From: Podarcis erhardii
Lineage: Eukaryota
DNA length: 64,000 nucleotides
Assembly (NCBI GenBank): GCA_964252035.1
Contig: OZ176202.1
Direction: 5' to 3' (one strand)
Position 1 is the stretch's first letter. The number at the start of each line of letters is the position of its first letter. This document shows positions 35,982 to 49,633 of this stretch, piece by piece. Both the position numbers and the translations under genes were made by a program. Below the pieces are notes generated by a model that had not been told where the DNA came from, ran no database searches, and saw only the letters and a program-made list of their open reading frames with translations.

Positions 35982-36463
35982 TGTGGGGGCCAGACGCCTA
36001 TAATCCTAGCAAGTCTTAAAATCTAATTAAGCCAGGCTAGCTTCCTGATGAGGTAACCACCTGGGTGACCGGCCATTAAGAGAACAAAGGAAAGGGCCTC
36101 TGTGCCAGATAACAAATGGATGGGACCGTCTCCTTCAACTTTTAGATAGTTAGAAGGACAAAGACTGAGTTTGAGAGCTGAGTTTGCTGTTATGTGAGCT
36201 AGAAGCTGTGGGGGAAAGCAGCAAGCACAGGGTCAGAGAGCAACATATGATTTCTGCTAGAATCCAAGGCTGTGGCTATGGGAGAAGCAAGACGCTTTTG
36301 GGGCTATTAATGCTGTGAATTCCTCAATCATAAGATCAGATTGTATATATGTGTAAATAAACCATATATCATAAAAGCACCACAGTCTCTACTGTGCCTC
36401 ATTCCCAAAAGGAAACACAAACCCTGGGTAAGCACCACTCAGAGATTGGGGTGGCGTGCAACA
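35982..36463 (+). mobile_element. Solo LTR, 482 bp, probably Gypsy-type
   Basis: TG..CA termini (tgtggggg..tgcaaca), near-TSD ttgtt/gtgtt, AATAAA near 36355, GC-richer than its flanks. Confidence 0.55.
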
Positions 36464-37166
36464 GTGTTTTACTGTTTTGTCATCTGTAAATTTCTTTGGG
36501 AATAATTTTATGTTTGAAAGGCAGTATATAAATTTATTAGGTGTTTGTTTGTTTGTTTGTTTGTTTGTTTGTTTGTTTGTTTAACATGATGCTTTTGTAA
36601 CTGGAAGTGAGTTACATACTTTAATAAAACTCTAAATATAATTTGAATATGATACCACCTAGCTAGCAAAATATTTTGATTTCTTTTGAGTGGATATTTA
36701 CAGTATAATCTCATCTTGCACACATCTAGGAAACACTTGGGCATTTATTTGTGTGTGTGTGTGTGTGGAGCTCAATGCAAAAATAGTCATTTGAGCAAAA
36801 AGTATTGTTTGTTGAAAGAAAAGCAAAATACTAGAGTTCTGATGAACCACAGCTGATGGTTTGTTGATTGTGGATGTGGGGATTTGAAGACCCGTCTTTC
36901 AAATTCTTTTCTAATGCTCTGGTCACTATATCAAACTGGCCCTCTCTTTGGAACCTGATACAGGATGGGAGTTTTGCTGAATATTTACTGGTTACTCATT
37001 CTGCTATCCACTAAGCATGATACCTCACTAACTCAGGCTTATGGTTTGTGGATCCTTTTGTGCTTTCTTTGTTTTGTTGAAATACCTGGTGGCACTGTAT
37101 GCTGCTTCAAATGCAACCCTTTTAAAGTTGCCGTGTGGCAGCTAACAATGCAGTTGTGCTTTCCTG

Positions 37167-37295
37167 NNNNNNNNNNNNNNNNNNNNNNNNNNNNNNNNNN
37201 NNNNNNNNNNNNNNNNNNNNNNNNNNNNNNNNNNNNNNNNNNNNNNNNNNNNNNNNNNNNNNNNNNNNNNNNNNNNNNNNNNNNNNNNNNNNNNN
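37167..37295. other. N block, 129 nt
   Basis: Run of n. Confidence 0.99.
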
Positions 37296-38514
37296 AAACT
37301 TGCATGCCCTTAATTGACCAAGCTAGCTTTAATTAAAATAAATTCTTAAAACCTATATGTTTTGGTTCCTTTCACTATGTTCTATAAGCGTCAGGGATGC
37401 ATGATGATGTAATGTGGTTATGGGTGACTTTTTTTTTCATTTTACCCCTGCCTATTTGCTTTCCTCTGTGAATGGTATTCCTACTAGGAATAGGCTACCT
37501 ACTTGAAAAAGAGAAGAAGTTGAGAAAAAGCACCAATAGAAAATGAGAGACCTAAAAAGTACACCCAAAATGAATTATTATTCCAACATGATTGCTTCTG
37601 ACCCCTTCCATTTCACAACTCCTCCAGAGGGCCAACTGGTTTAATCCATTCAGAATTGTAAGATTTCGAACATGTCACAATTCTCTGCACACTTACTTGT
37701 GAGTGAGCTCCATTTAACTCAATGAGGTTTATGAAGATATTGCTGTTACTTCACCTTCTGCTGATGAAGGCCTTTGGGAGCTTTCCTGGCAGATCCACAT
37801 TTAAAATACATGACCATTTATATGTTTAATTCCTTGGAGGATACAATCATGCATTATATGGTTTCTTTATCATGTTGCTTTAGTGCCAGATTTTCATCCA
37901 GCATCTAATTTTCTCTTACGTAGTTTTGACCTTAAAGGTGACAATTACTGTACTCACACAAAGGTTTTATAGTGCTCCTATTTATAACATTCGCGGGTGC
38001 AAATAATAGTGCAATCATTTAATGAGAGAATGAAACTAGAATATCAAACATATGGAGGAGAAGGGGAAATATACAGATTAAGTTGTGTAAAGCAGAAAGC
38101 TTGTCTAGTGTGTAGAAAGGTATAAATAAGAAGTGTATGAATACAAAAGAAGGCTTTAATGTAAATGCCTAGTTAACTTGATACATGTAAAGCTGGAAGC
38201 AAATGTATAATCAGTGAAGAATTTACAGACTTTCAAATGGAATAACCTTGAAATATGGATTGGTTTTAATTCAGAGAAAGTTAGTTCCACTTAAACCCCT
38301 AGTGAAATGAATTAGGCTTAATTTAAGAGCAAACTAGATATTATCTCAGTAAATATCTGGTTCCAACATCATGTTTGGCATATTGTTGGCCATTGTAAGA
38401 ACAGTAGCCTAGACTAGATGGGCCTTGGTTTTGCCTGTTCCAGCAGGGCCGTTCTTTTGTTCTTGTGCTTGCCAAAATAAAAGGGACACACAAGGAAAGA
38501 TCAGCGGGTTAGAG

Positions 38515-38649
38515 CAAGCATAGGAAAACTCCGACCCTCCAGATGTTTGGGACTACAATTCCCATCATCCCTGACCACTGGTCCTGTTAGCTAGGGATGA
38601 TGGGAATTGTAGTCCCAAACATCTGGAGGGCCGGAGTTTCCTATGCCTG
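38515..38649. mobile_element. hAT-superfamily hairpin MITE, 135 bp
   Basis: Near-perfect palindrome with perfect 8-bp TSD ggttagag (38507-38514, 38650-38657); degraded relatives near 7546, 20560, 35165, 47929 and 57075. Confidence 0.92.
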
Positions 38650-38762
38650 GGTTAGAGGGAGAAGTGCTGTATTATGCAGGGACCTAAACTGTGCAGGAAG
38701 CCTCCATGAGTACAGGAGGCATCCTGCATCATGTTTGCCCTCCAACTTTTGTACAGTTGTAA

Positions 38763-39115
38763 ACGCAGGTGGCGCTGTGGGTTAAACCACAGAGCCTAGG
38801 ATTTGCCGATCAGAAGGTCGGCGGTTCGAATCCCCGCGATGGGGTGAGCTCCCGTTGCTTGGTCCCTGCTCCCGCCAACCTAGCAGTTTGAAAGCATGTC
38901 AAAGTGCAAGTAGATAAATAGGTACCGCTCTGGTGGGAAGGTAAACAGCGTTTCCGTGCGCTGCTCTGGTTTGCCAGAAGCAGCTTAGTCATGCGGGCCA
39001 CATGACCCGGAAGCTGTACGTCGGCTCCCTCGGCCAATAAAACGAGATTAGTGCCGCAACCCCAGAGTCAGTCACAACTGGACCTAATGGTCATGGGTCC
39101 CTTTACCTTTACCTT
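38763..39115 (+). mobile_element. Sauria SINE
   Basis: Head with intact B box ggttcgaatccc, body and (ACCTTT)n tail; no clear TSD. Confidence 0.93.
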
Positions 39116-41413
39116 AAATGTAGCAAAGGCGACATGCCAGAGGAATATGACATATCAGCATGTTGTCGCTGTCCCTAACACGAATAAATGGAATTGAATA
39201 ATAGGGCTTAGCTTAATTGATTTCAATGGAACTTAAGCACATTTTACACTCATTTGGATTGGGTCCAAAATGAAAACCCTTTGATTACATTTGCAAAGAG
39301 TTTAATTTCTCCTGTTGGTTTCAATGGGCTGGACGGTTCCCAGGCTTTGTGATGAATGAGGAATATATACATCCAGGCAGCATTTTGATCTATATCTATA
39401 TTACATCTTTGCATATTATAAAATATAGGTCAGTACAAGGGAGTAGAAGTCAAAGTGCAAACTCCTCCACATGGCTTGTTAAGCTTATCCCTATTTTGAA
39501 AGCCATCAAAGAGGATTACCTACCTGTTCAAGCAAGAGAAGCTTTTCCTTTTACTAAAATTAACAAAGGTATTCTTGCTGCTAGCTTAATGCTTTAGTGG
39601 GTAGCGCTGTGTACTTCCATATTTGAGACCTCTGTTTGTGTGAGAGTGCTGGCTACTATTATTTTTGTTGTTTCTGCTGCTGTCTGTGCCTGGAATTATT
39701 ACTGGCATGTTACTTTGTAATACTAAAGGATTGCAGAAAGGTGCAAAGCTAGTGGCTGATTGAGTTGTGTGGATTCAGAGGAACCTGTTTACAGTCTTTC
39801 CCATTGATGATATGACAGCTGCTACTACCAGGGAACGGAGTGCTAACTTTGTACTGCATTTGTGGCAGTCCCCCAATAAAAGGTAGAGTGACTCACCTGT
39901 CATTCAAAGGCAAAGTTTAATTTTTCCAAATTGCAAGGTGAGAGAGAAATTCTAGAAGGTTGAGACGTGTCTTGCAATGGCTAGTATTTTGTGACATAAC
40001 TGAGAACAGTTTGAGGGTTTTTTTTAAAAAAGGGTTTTAATAAAGAAAGTTAGTTTGAAGATTGCAGGTGGTTCTAAATGAGTTACATCTACTAGACATG
40101 AAAAATTGCTTTGGTGGATAATTTAAAAAACGAAACAAAACAAAAAACTGGTTTGAAATACAAAGAATACAATCCACACAACAAATGTTCCCTTATGTTG
40201 ATATGACCCTTTTCTCTGCCATTGCAGCCATCCACACCATTCTAGACAGACATGGGAGATGGATACCACACAGTCCCAAAACTGTGCAACTACCTGGCGG
40301 GGTGGGGGGGGGCTGGAAGGTTTTTCAAGTTATTCTACCAGTGTGGCTGAACTTCTTAGCCTTGAGTGGGGCATTAGCACCATTGCTGCAATTAGGAAAG
40401 GGCAGAGTAGACTTTGCACTTTGAGCCTTTAATGGTTATGGGGTACAAAATAATCCTTTCACTCATTTCAGTATTGCAATATATATTATGGCAGGAAAAC
40501 GATCTACAAATAGGCATAAGTTAATTTTTCATACACATACACCTCAGTCCAAGTTGAAAGTTCTCGATTATGGCACAGTGGTGGGAAGCACAGGAACTGG
40601 TAACCTCAACTGAGCTTGCATCCAAAGAAAGGCAGAGCTCTGGAAAAGCAGTTCTTCACATAGTGGGTGAAGAGCAATATGGATGTAAAAAATAAATAAA
40701 TTCCACTTTACACCATACTCTCTTTTGGCTGTGTGCTAACTTATAGTGAGCTCGGGAAGGTATCCTGTAGGTACCGGTATATGCCTACATACAAACAAAC
40801 ACAGAGACAACTTGTTGTCCTGACTAGTTTGGGGAAAACAGGGTAGTGGGATAACACTTCCTCCATACTGAGAGCTAAGAATGCCCCCATCATCTTTGTT
40901 GGTGTTTGGCAGAAATAATCCTTACTCTTGAAGAAAAGTTTTCCCGTGGGGGCGGGTGGTGGGAGACTTATGGAAGCTAGTTTCACTTCTCTGGGATTTC
41001 TACAAAGCATTACTATAATGTGACTCTGATCTAACATAGTGCAGTAGTGTGTATGGATTATCCCTTTCTGCTGGCTGGAGGCCATAGAGGATATAATTTA
41101 AATCCTAATGATACCATGGCTAATGAAGATTGCCCTTTAGCTAACAAATGCTCCAAGTTCGCACCATCCTCTGGATGCACAAGAATGAGCATCTCCTTGT
41201 GCTCGTTCATGCAAACAGAAAGATCCAGAGGGCTCCCGAGTTCAACCATTGGCTAATAATGAGGAAAAGCTCTTGTAATAGGAAGAACCTTTGCCTTTCT
41301 TTCCAAAGGTCAAGCCCATTGATGGTACTCTGACTGCTATTTAAGATTCTTTTGGTGTCGAGAATGCAGTAGGCAATGTGCAGAATACAGTGATAGCAAA
41401 GTCCTGTAGACTA

Positions 41414-41417
41414 CTGT

Positions 41418-41452
<35 letters not shown>

Positions 41453-41496
41453 TTGCTGTTGCTGTTGTTGTTGCTGTTGTTGTTGCTGTCGTCGTC
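41414..41496. repeat. Compound (GCT/GTT/GTC)n trinucleotide repeat
   Basis: Mixed gctgtt, gtt and gtc units. Confidence 0.9.
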
Positions 41497-41784
41497 ATAT
41501 TGTAGATGCAGGGAGCTGAGAACTATGTCCTGCATATGATTATCTAGTGTATGAGTCCCTGGCTGAGATGAGATTTCAACAATGCACCAACCATGTTCAT
41601 AACTGTCATGCTATACCAGCTCACACATACTTTCATTTTCATAATACCAAAACATAACATATTGATTGATCAGGTGAAAATAGGTATGCTTGTTATATTT
41701 GTACCTCTCCCTTTCTCCATGGAACCCTGAATTGTCTTTTTAACCTGATGGCAGGTAAGTTAGGTTAGTCTGAGAGAAAGTGAC

Positions 41785-43200
41785 TTGGCTCCGTGGTACA
41801 CTCCAGAACTTAGAGTGTGGAAACAAGCTGGGAAGTGGCTCGAACACAAGTGGAAGAAAACTCTTGCGGAATGCAGTCAAATGTCGGGGGCGAGGCTCAT
41901 CATGACTGGCAGTGAACGCAGCAAGGGAGGCATGCTTTGCTGCCTCTATTGCATCCTCATGGTGCCATCCAACAGAGCTTTTCTGGGTAGTGCAGGGCCT
42001 CTTACAGTCTGGCCTGATGCATGCAGCAGAACCGATGGTCATTCACTGTGATTTGTTTGACTCCCCTGTTACAGCAAACAAATATCAAGGGGTGTCCAGA
42101 GCAATGTCTAGTCCTGTTGTGTTGGATGAGTTTCACTTAGTAAGGCTTGAGGTGTTTGGATCGGTCAAGGTGGCTGCTTGCGCTCTGTACCCTGGCCCCT
42201 CTTGACTGATAAAAGCTAGTGGGGAGGGGACAGCTGGCAGAGCCAGGAGGTGATTAATGCCTCCTTACGAGAAGGTGTGGTCCCTGGCTGCTTGAAGGAG
42301 GCAGTGATAAAACCACTCTTCAATAAACCCTCCCTGGATTCAGGCAATCTAAGTACCGACCACTTGTCAATCTCCTCTTCCTGGGCAAGGTTCTTAAGCA
42401 GATGGTCACAAACAAGATCCAGGCCCAGATTTGGCACAGAAACTGCTTTGGGCGCCCTGTTTGATTACCTCTGTTGTGAGAGAAATGTGGAGGCGAAATG
42501 TGTCCCTGTTAATTCTCCTTGACCTCTCAACGGCTTTCAGTATCGACCATGGTATCCTTCTGGAGTGGCTGTCTGAGTTAGGGGAGAGTAGCAGAGGCAG
42601 ATTTAGGACAGCGTAACCTGTTCCGCCTGGGGGCGCCGGAGGGCGTCAAAACTATGATGTGGTGAATTGAGCAGAACAGAAGGCGAGAGATGGGGGCTTC
42701 AGATTTTGCCCTCTCACAGAGTGCACTGAAATTTGAAAGACCAAAGTCTTGGACAGTCATTTCCAGAGGATGATTCTTCGGCCCCTGGGGCCTTCGGTGT
42801 AGGGTTCTGTGCAGCCTTCTATGCTGTTAAAAATTTACATGAAGCTGCTGAGAGGGGTTATCCGGAGTTTTGGAGTACCTTGTTAGCAATATGCTGATGA
42901 CGCACAGCTCTATTTCTCCTTTACATCTGTAGGTTTGGCAATGGATATGCTGGACCACTGTCATGCCTCAGTAATGGACTGCATGAGCACCAGCCAGCTG
43001 AAGCTCAATCCAGATAAGGCTGAGGCGCTGTTGGGTGGTTCTCTAGACCGGATGGGTGGGAACTTACCTGCTCTTGATAAGGTTACCCTCCCTCTAAAGG
43101 AGTGGGGGCACTCCTGGGTCCTTTGCTGTCACTTGAAGCTCAGGTGGCCTCAGTGGCGCAGAGTGCCTTCCATAAGCTTTGACTTGTAACCCAGCTGCAC
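41785..43200 (+). mobile_element. Degenerate L2 LINE ORF2 including the RT domain
   Basis: PWYTPELR..; ASLREGVVPGCLKEAVIKPL..KPSLD; GTETAL; LILLDLSTAF..DHGILL; QYADDAQLYFS at 42887-42919; LKLNPDKAE; many frameshifts; foreign insert at about 42585-42747. Confidence 0.9.
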
Positions 43201-45969
43201 ATTGTACTGTTCCCAGTCTCCATTTAGGGCTGCTGTGACAAACAGAATTCAACATCAATAAAGGGCATTTTTGTATGAAACAAGAATGGAACACAACACA
43301 CTCATTCTAGAGAAATATGAGCACACATAACTATTTTCTTGAACAGAGCTCAAACAGCATATATTTCACTTTTTCCTGCTACTTCCTGGCCCATGTTTAA
43401 AAGTGCAACAAAGGATCACTTTGGACAGATCTAAGTATAGGTTTTAAAAAATTAAGAGAGCCTTTTCTTTTAAAAGTGACCATTTCTCTCTCTCTCTCTA
43501 GGTATCTGGCCTTCTGAAGAGGTACTAGCTTACTACTGCCTGAAGTACCATGAAGTGTTCAGGTACAAAAGCAACCCATAAAAGAACCTTTCCAATCCAT
43601 TAGTTTTATTATATTTGCATGGTAAAGATTGCTATGATTTAAGTCGTCAGATTCTGTTTTTAAAAGTTCAAGGTGAAAGCATGTTGCTCTTAACAAAGAA
43701 TTTGGAGCTGCCGTTGGGTACTAATATTGCACAGCAAGCTTTCTACTATATGTCAAAGACTTTTGATTTCCACTCAAGGCGTTTTATTTCACTTTGATTT
43801 TTGGGAAACAAAAGTGAGGCGTCAATCGATCAGCACTGATTGTGAAGGTCAGGGGAAAAACAAAAGGCATCTGTTACTGAGTTTACTCTTACTTCTGTTC
43901 TGAAAGTCAGTAAAGTATTGTCTGGGAAGGTATATCATAGTTTTAAAGCAGAGCTTTGGCACCAGAATATTTCTTGCACTCTCTGCATGCTTTTTACTAT
44001 TGTTTTTCTGTATATTTTCCATATTTCGGTACCAGAGGCTTGCAAGGCTCCCCATCTAGACATGCTGGTACCGTACAGAACATGTAATAGATCAAGCTTC
44101 CTGGCCTTGCTGGGCTTAAGAAATGTGTACATGGTAGAATCCCAGAAAATTAGGGACATTTAAGATGTGACATAGGGTTAAGCAGAAGCAGGGCAATTTC
44201 TGCAGCCATCTCCCTGCCCTTTTATTTAGTTATTTTGAACGGGAGCTACAGAAGGCCACAAATATGCTCTTGCTTGGGAGAAATGTATCTGTATTTCTAA
44301 GTCAACATGGTCAATAGTATGCTACAATGCATAGGGCCAAAAACCATCAAAAGCCAACTTTAACCTACCACTCCATTCACAGATGGCAAAAAATGGTGTG
44401 GGGAGGGGAAGTATTTATTTATTTATTTATTTAGGGATGCAAATATATAGAACATTTGGGTGCTTGTCATAGGCCAGCTAAGGGGATCTGGTAGCCATCC
44501 ATATGTTATTAGGTGGCAGCTCTTATCAGCTGCCGCATGGCCATTTGAGTACCACAGGGTCTCCACCCTTGCCGTGAAGACAGATTAGACTCCTTCTCCT
44601 CCTCCTCTTCCTCCTCTAAAAAAGGTGGGGGTGTCTCTATCATTCTCCAATAATGACACTATATCTGATCATTCATTAAGATGGGGGTGCCAGCTGGCCC
44701 CTGACCAAAGGAGTTCTATTCCTGCCACAACTGGTGATGCTAAAATGAAGATTATTTTAAGAAAGAAAAAGAAAAATTGCTGCACCTCTGCCTCTGGTAA
44801 ACCTCCCAACCTTTCCAAAATTTTCACGCACCATGGTGATGCCAGGCTTGCACCCCTGAAAGGTCACTTTGTTGCTGCTAATGCAGCAAAAACAACACAG
44901 GAGGTAGCAGTTATGAGTTACTGGTCCCTGCAGCCACAGCAGGTGCTGTGATTCTCCAGCTGTTTCACTTCATCTCCTGTGGCATACTCCATTTTCTCTC
45001 AAAACAGACAGATGCCAGCAAGATGTAGGTTGGTGTATGTCTTTGCACATATTGAACTACTAGTGTTCACTTCTGCTACATGTGCTATATGAGCTGGGTA
45101 GGGGACATAGACCTATTTCCTACCTATTATAGATGTTCATACGGAAATGAAAAACTGACTGATTTTTATTTATATATATATATATATATATTAGGCCTAT
45201 ACTGTATATAAATTTTGAATATCAAAAATAGATCTGGAATCAACAGCATAGAGCTAATTTCATGAGACTGAATAGCTACTTGTTTGCAGCTTTGCCATCC
45301 ATACATTAAATGCCCATGGTTAAATTTTCACTTTTTTTTTCAGAGGGAGAACTCTTGCAACAAAAATAGTCAAAGAATCTTATGGAACCCTAGACACTAA
45401 CACATTTAATATGGCATAAATATTTGTGGACTCATGCCCTTTTGTCAGGGTTACTTAGCGTAATATATTTGTTAGTATTTAAGGTGTCACAACACTCTTT
45501 AACTGTTGTTGTTGTTGTTGTTGTTGTTATATTTGCATATTTACTTGTGTATTTTTGCTCAGTATACTTAAGTCTTCTGCATAATTGCAGACACCACATT
45601 GGATGGTAAGTATGGATGCTGCCCTTTCTTCTGTAATTAAGACCACAAGATATTTTCCTCAGGGATGCATCTGGCTCCGTTTCATGATCTCTGTGGACAC
45701 AAACAATTAGGTTCTGAATCTGTACATAGCATAGCCTGGTACCTCCTAGAGCTCTGTTTTTTAACTTCCACAGCCGTCTTTAGGAAATTTAGCTTTGGTC
45801 TGGAGGATTGTTCTGGACTTTTTGATGACTGAACACCGGAACACGCCTTATATGCTAGGTGACATTAAGGCAGCATTTTCAGCAGTTGATCCATGACATT
45901 TATTTATTTAAAAAACCCTATCTATCTATCTATCTATCTATCATCTATTTAAACAAACTATCCTACCCT

Positions 45970-46140
45970 TAAGAACTTAAGAAGAACCTGAGGGATCAAT
46001 CCAGTGGCATAATGTTTTCACAGTGGCCAACTAGATGCCTATGGAAAGCATGCAAGTAGGGCCAAGCAGAGCAGCACTCCCTGATCCTGCGGTTTCCAGT
46101 GGTTGGTATTCTGAAGCATACTGCCCCTGACAGTTGAACA
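45970..46140 (-). mobile_element. CR1 3' UTR fragment
   Basis: aagaacttaagaagaacctg..cacagtggccaactagatgcctatggaaag.. matches the recalled squamate CR1 3' end. Confidence 0.55.
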
Positions 46141-47164
46141 CCTATACAGATTTATATTTATATACAATCTATATAGATTTAGGAGCAGGGTACAATGAAT
46201 AAACTGCAGAGAAAATAAATCAGTACAAAATATTCTGACCAAACATTCTGACCAAATCATTGCATGTGGGACAGTTTGGGGGCCCAACTAGAATTTTACC
46301 AGTCTCCTGCTATGTATCAAAGAAATCCCACTCTTATCCTCCTTATTGAAAGTTCCAGAAATCCAAAAGGAAGTCTTCACTTTCCACCTCAAAGAATTAA
46401 ACAACTTCTAGGTATAGCTCTGATAACTTCCTGGACACCTGTTTGCCAATGGTAGTTGTGTTCTCACTATCACTATCACCATAGAATTTCATATAATCCT
46501 GTTACTCCCGTTAAACTTGAAGTATACTTCAGTATTACACACACATGCACACCACTTTATTTGTATACTGCCTCTTCATATTTAAAACCATGCTGAAGGT
46601 GCCTTACAACATGAAAAAATACATATATGACTAAAGTAGAATAGAATTGTAGAGTTGAAAGGCACTTCAAGGGTCATCTAGTCCAACCCCCTGAAATGCA
46701 GGAATCTCAGCTAAAGCATCCATATGTGACATTTGAAGATGGCTATCGTATCTCCTCTCACTCTCCTCTTTCCTAGTAGTCATAAAGAATAAATAAAACA
46801 CATCAAAAAGTAGCAGACTGGAAGATTTCTACATAAATCACAAGAAGATATAAAAATAAAAATACAAAAAATAAATCAGTAACAGCAACAAACTCGCCCC
46901 CCCCCCCGAAAAACCCCCCTAAACAACACACCAACCCAAGAGTCTGTTCAGCAGCTTCAACTTTTGCAGCTAGAGCCAGTCAGTGACCTCCCCTAGGCCA
47001 GGTGGGAAAAGGCCTGAAAAGCAGGGAGCTGGTCTTTCAGGACTCACAGCCAAGATGATCACAGCTACTGTAGTATTACTGCAGGAAGTTCACGCGGTCA
47101 AGTCCCAATATGCTCACTAGTCCAATAACAACAACACAACAACAACAACAATTGTTATTATTGT

Positions 47165-47459
47165 TATTATTTATTTATTTATTTATACACTGCCCATCTG
47201 GCTGAGTTTCCCCAGCCACTCTGGGCTGCTCCCAATCGAGTGTTGAAAACAACACAGCATTAAATATTAAAAACTTCCCTAAACAGGGCTGCCTTCAGAT
47301 GTCTTTTAAAAATAGGATAGCTGCTTATTTCCTTGACATCTGAAGGGAGGGCGTTCCACAGGGCGGGCGGCACTACCGAGAAGGCCCTCTGTCTGGTTCC
47401 CTGTAACCTCACTTCTCGCAATGAGGGAACCGCCAGAAGGCCCTCGGCGCTGGATCTCA
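47165..47459 (-). mobile_element. L2 LINE 3' end with (TAAA)n tail
   Basis: Minus-strand frame ..LLAVPSLREVRLQGTRQRAFSVVPPALWNALP..FKRHLKAALFREVF, the L2 ORF2 C-terminus. Confidence 0.88.
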
Positions 47460-47556
47460 AGGTACTATATTTCATACATTAGTAGACAATCTCCAAGCTG
47501 CACCTAGGAATCCCATTCAGTCTGCCAACCCCCCTTTGCTACAACTCCAGTGGATT

Positions 47557-48338
47557 TGTCATACTGGGACCTGACACAATTCTAAAAACCTTGCACTGAT
47601 CTGGAAGACCTTGGTATCCAGGGAGAGACCTCACCAGGCCTGCCTTCAGAAGTTGCCTAGGAAGAGCCCTTGGAGTGGACCCTCTGATTCACCTGCCAGT
47701 CTCAGAGAGCATAGTTGTCAGAAATTCCTGGCTCAGCAAAAGAGTGCATGCCTGAAAGCCCAAGTGAACAACTTGAGATTAAGGGACTCCTTGGGAAGAA
47801 AGGGCTCCTGAGGGCAGAAGTAAGTGTGTACAGCTGGTCCTGGATGGAGCCTGAGGGACCAGACTATATAAGCCCTCAGTTGAGGTCTGCTAGCTGATGG
47901 ACCACCACGCGTCTTTCCTCTTCCAGGCCAGCCTTTCTCAACCCAGGGTCCAGACATGGTGTTGGACTCCAATTCCCACCATTCCTAGCCATCCTGGCCA
48001 GGGTCAGGCATGATGGGAGCTGTAGTCCAGCAACATCTAGGAACCCAAGGTTGAGAAAGGGTGTCGGAGACTCTTGCAACCTGTGTTTTGCCCTACCTCT
48101 TGACTGCCTTTCCATATTGCTGACTTCAGGATCTCTACTCAATTACTTTGTCCTCTGGGCTATGTTTGATTCTGGCTTGCTTTATTCTGCTTGATTACAA
48201 CTCCTTCTCAACTCTGTTTTCTAGACTATTATGATTCAGTTCTCAGCCAGAGGTTGACCTTGTGTGGAACTGTAACTCTCCAATGGTTTGACTTTACCTC
48301 CCAATGTCTCTCTCTCTCTTCCATTGTCTCTCAAGACA
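47557..48338 (+). mobile_element. Possible solo LTR interrupted by a hairpin hAT MITE (47929-48063)
   Basis: tgtc..gaca inverted termini, gatt/gatg flanks, TATATAAG at 47865-47872, purine-rich 5' half and pyrimidine-rich 3' half. Confidence 0.35.
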
Positions 48339-48361
48339 GATGGATATCAGCAACAACAACA

Positions 48362-48791
48362 GTTGTTGTTGTTGTTGTTGTTGTTTAGTCGTTTAGTCAT
48401 GTCCGACTCTTCGTGACCCCATGGACCAGAGCACACCAGGCACTCCTGTCTTCCACTGCCTCCCGCAGTTTGGTCAAACTCATGTTCGTATCTTCGAGAA
48501 CACTGTCCAACCATCTCGTCCTCTGTTGTCCCCTTCTCCTTGTGCCCTCAATCTTTTCCAACATCAGGGTCTTTTCCAGGGAGTCTTCTCTTCTCATGAG
48601 GTGGCCAAAGTATTGGAGCCTCAGCTTCAGGATCTGTCCTTCCAGTGAGCACTCAGGGATGATTTCCTACAGAATGGATAGGTTTGATCTTCTTGCAGTC
48701 CATGGGACTCTCCAGAGTCTCCTCCAGCACCATAATTCAAAAGCATCAATTCTCCAGCGATCAGCCTTCTTTATGGTCCAGCTCTCACTTC
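48362..48791 (-). mobile_element. Bov-B LINE 3' fragment
   Basis: ORF2 C-terminal translation on the minus strand; 13-bp TSD caacaacaacagt at 48351-48363 and 48792-48804. Confidence 0.95.
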
Positions 48792-49591
48792 CAACAACAA
48801 CAGTATAAGTGTAAATTTTCCAAAGGCAAACTTCTATAATGTCCTTGTCATGCAAAACAAAACCCAAATGAGCATTATACCAAATATCTTGGGTTTCTTG
48901 TCCCCTGCACCCCACCAGCCTCCAGTAGCTTCCTATGCTCAGTTCCACATGCTTGTGTTGAAGCATGTTCAACTAGTCCTATTGAAATTATTAGACCTAA
49001 CTTACTCATGTTCATTAATTTCAGTGGGTCTACTCTGAGTAAAAACCAAAAGCTTAGCCCTAAACACTTTTAGGAGTGATCTGACTACTTTATTTATTTA
49101 TTTAGGAATTTTATGAAAATATTTTTTATTATTTTTCTTTGTGTGGTTTCCATTCTAGTATATTTTATGCTATACAATAGAACTCGTAACCTGCCTTGAA
49201 TTATTTTTATCCACCAAGAGTTTTAAATATCCCACCAAATGTCTATCATAAAATGGTATGTTCTTGCATAAAGGTTGTGGCTGCCAATGAACTTTGAAAT
49301 AAATTAATAAAAATGTGCACATCAGATACTTAGCATTCTCATTTGTCATCTTTAAGGAAACAACTGATGTTGCACAAACTTTTGGATTTTTACTCTATGG
49401 GCACCAGTCAAAGCTTACTTACTTTTGAACAATCCCACAGATATCAATGGGAATTTCTTAAAAGCAAATTTACTTGGCACAAAGCAGTTGTGCTAAGAGG
49501 GTTTTTAAAAAACAAAAAAAACTAGGATCTTTTGTAGGCCATTTGTAATTAAAGTGCTAATTATGAGCTAAAATTTCCACCTGTGCATAGC

Positions 49592-49595
49592 AAAG

Positions 49596-49626
<31 letters not shown>

Positions 49627-49633
49627 AAGAAAG
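49592..49633. repeat. (GAAA)n microsatellite
   Basis: Tetranucleotide run with a GA interruption. Confidence 0.9.

Noticed and set aside
39133-39175. Pre-miRNA-like hairpin gcgacatgc..gcatgttgtcgc
   Set aside because: The stem is short and bulged, with too few pairs for a miRNA precursor
41414-41496. Mixed CAA/CAG tract as a coding polyglutamine exon
   Set aside because: The Gln frame on the minus strand has TGA just before the tract and TAG just after it, with no usable splice sites
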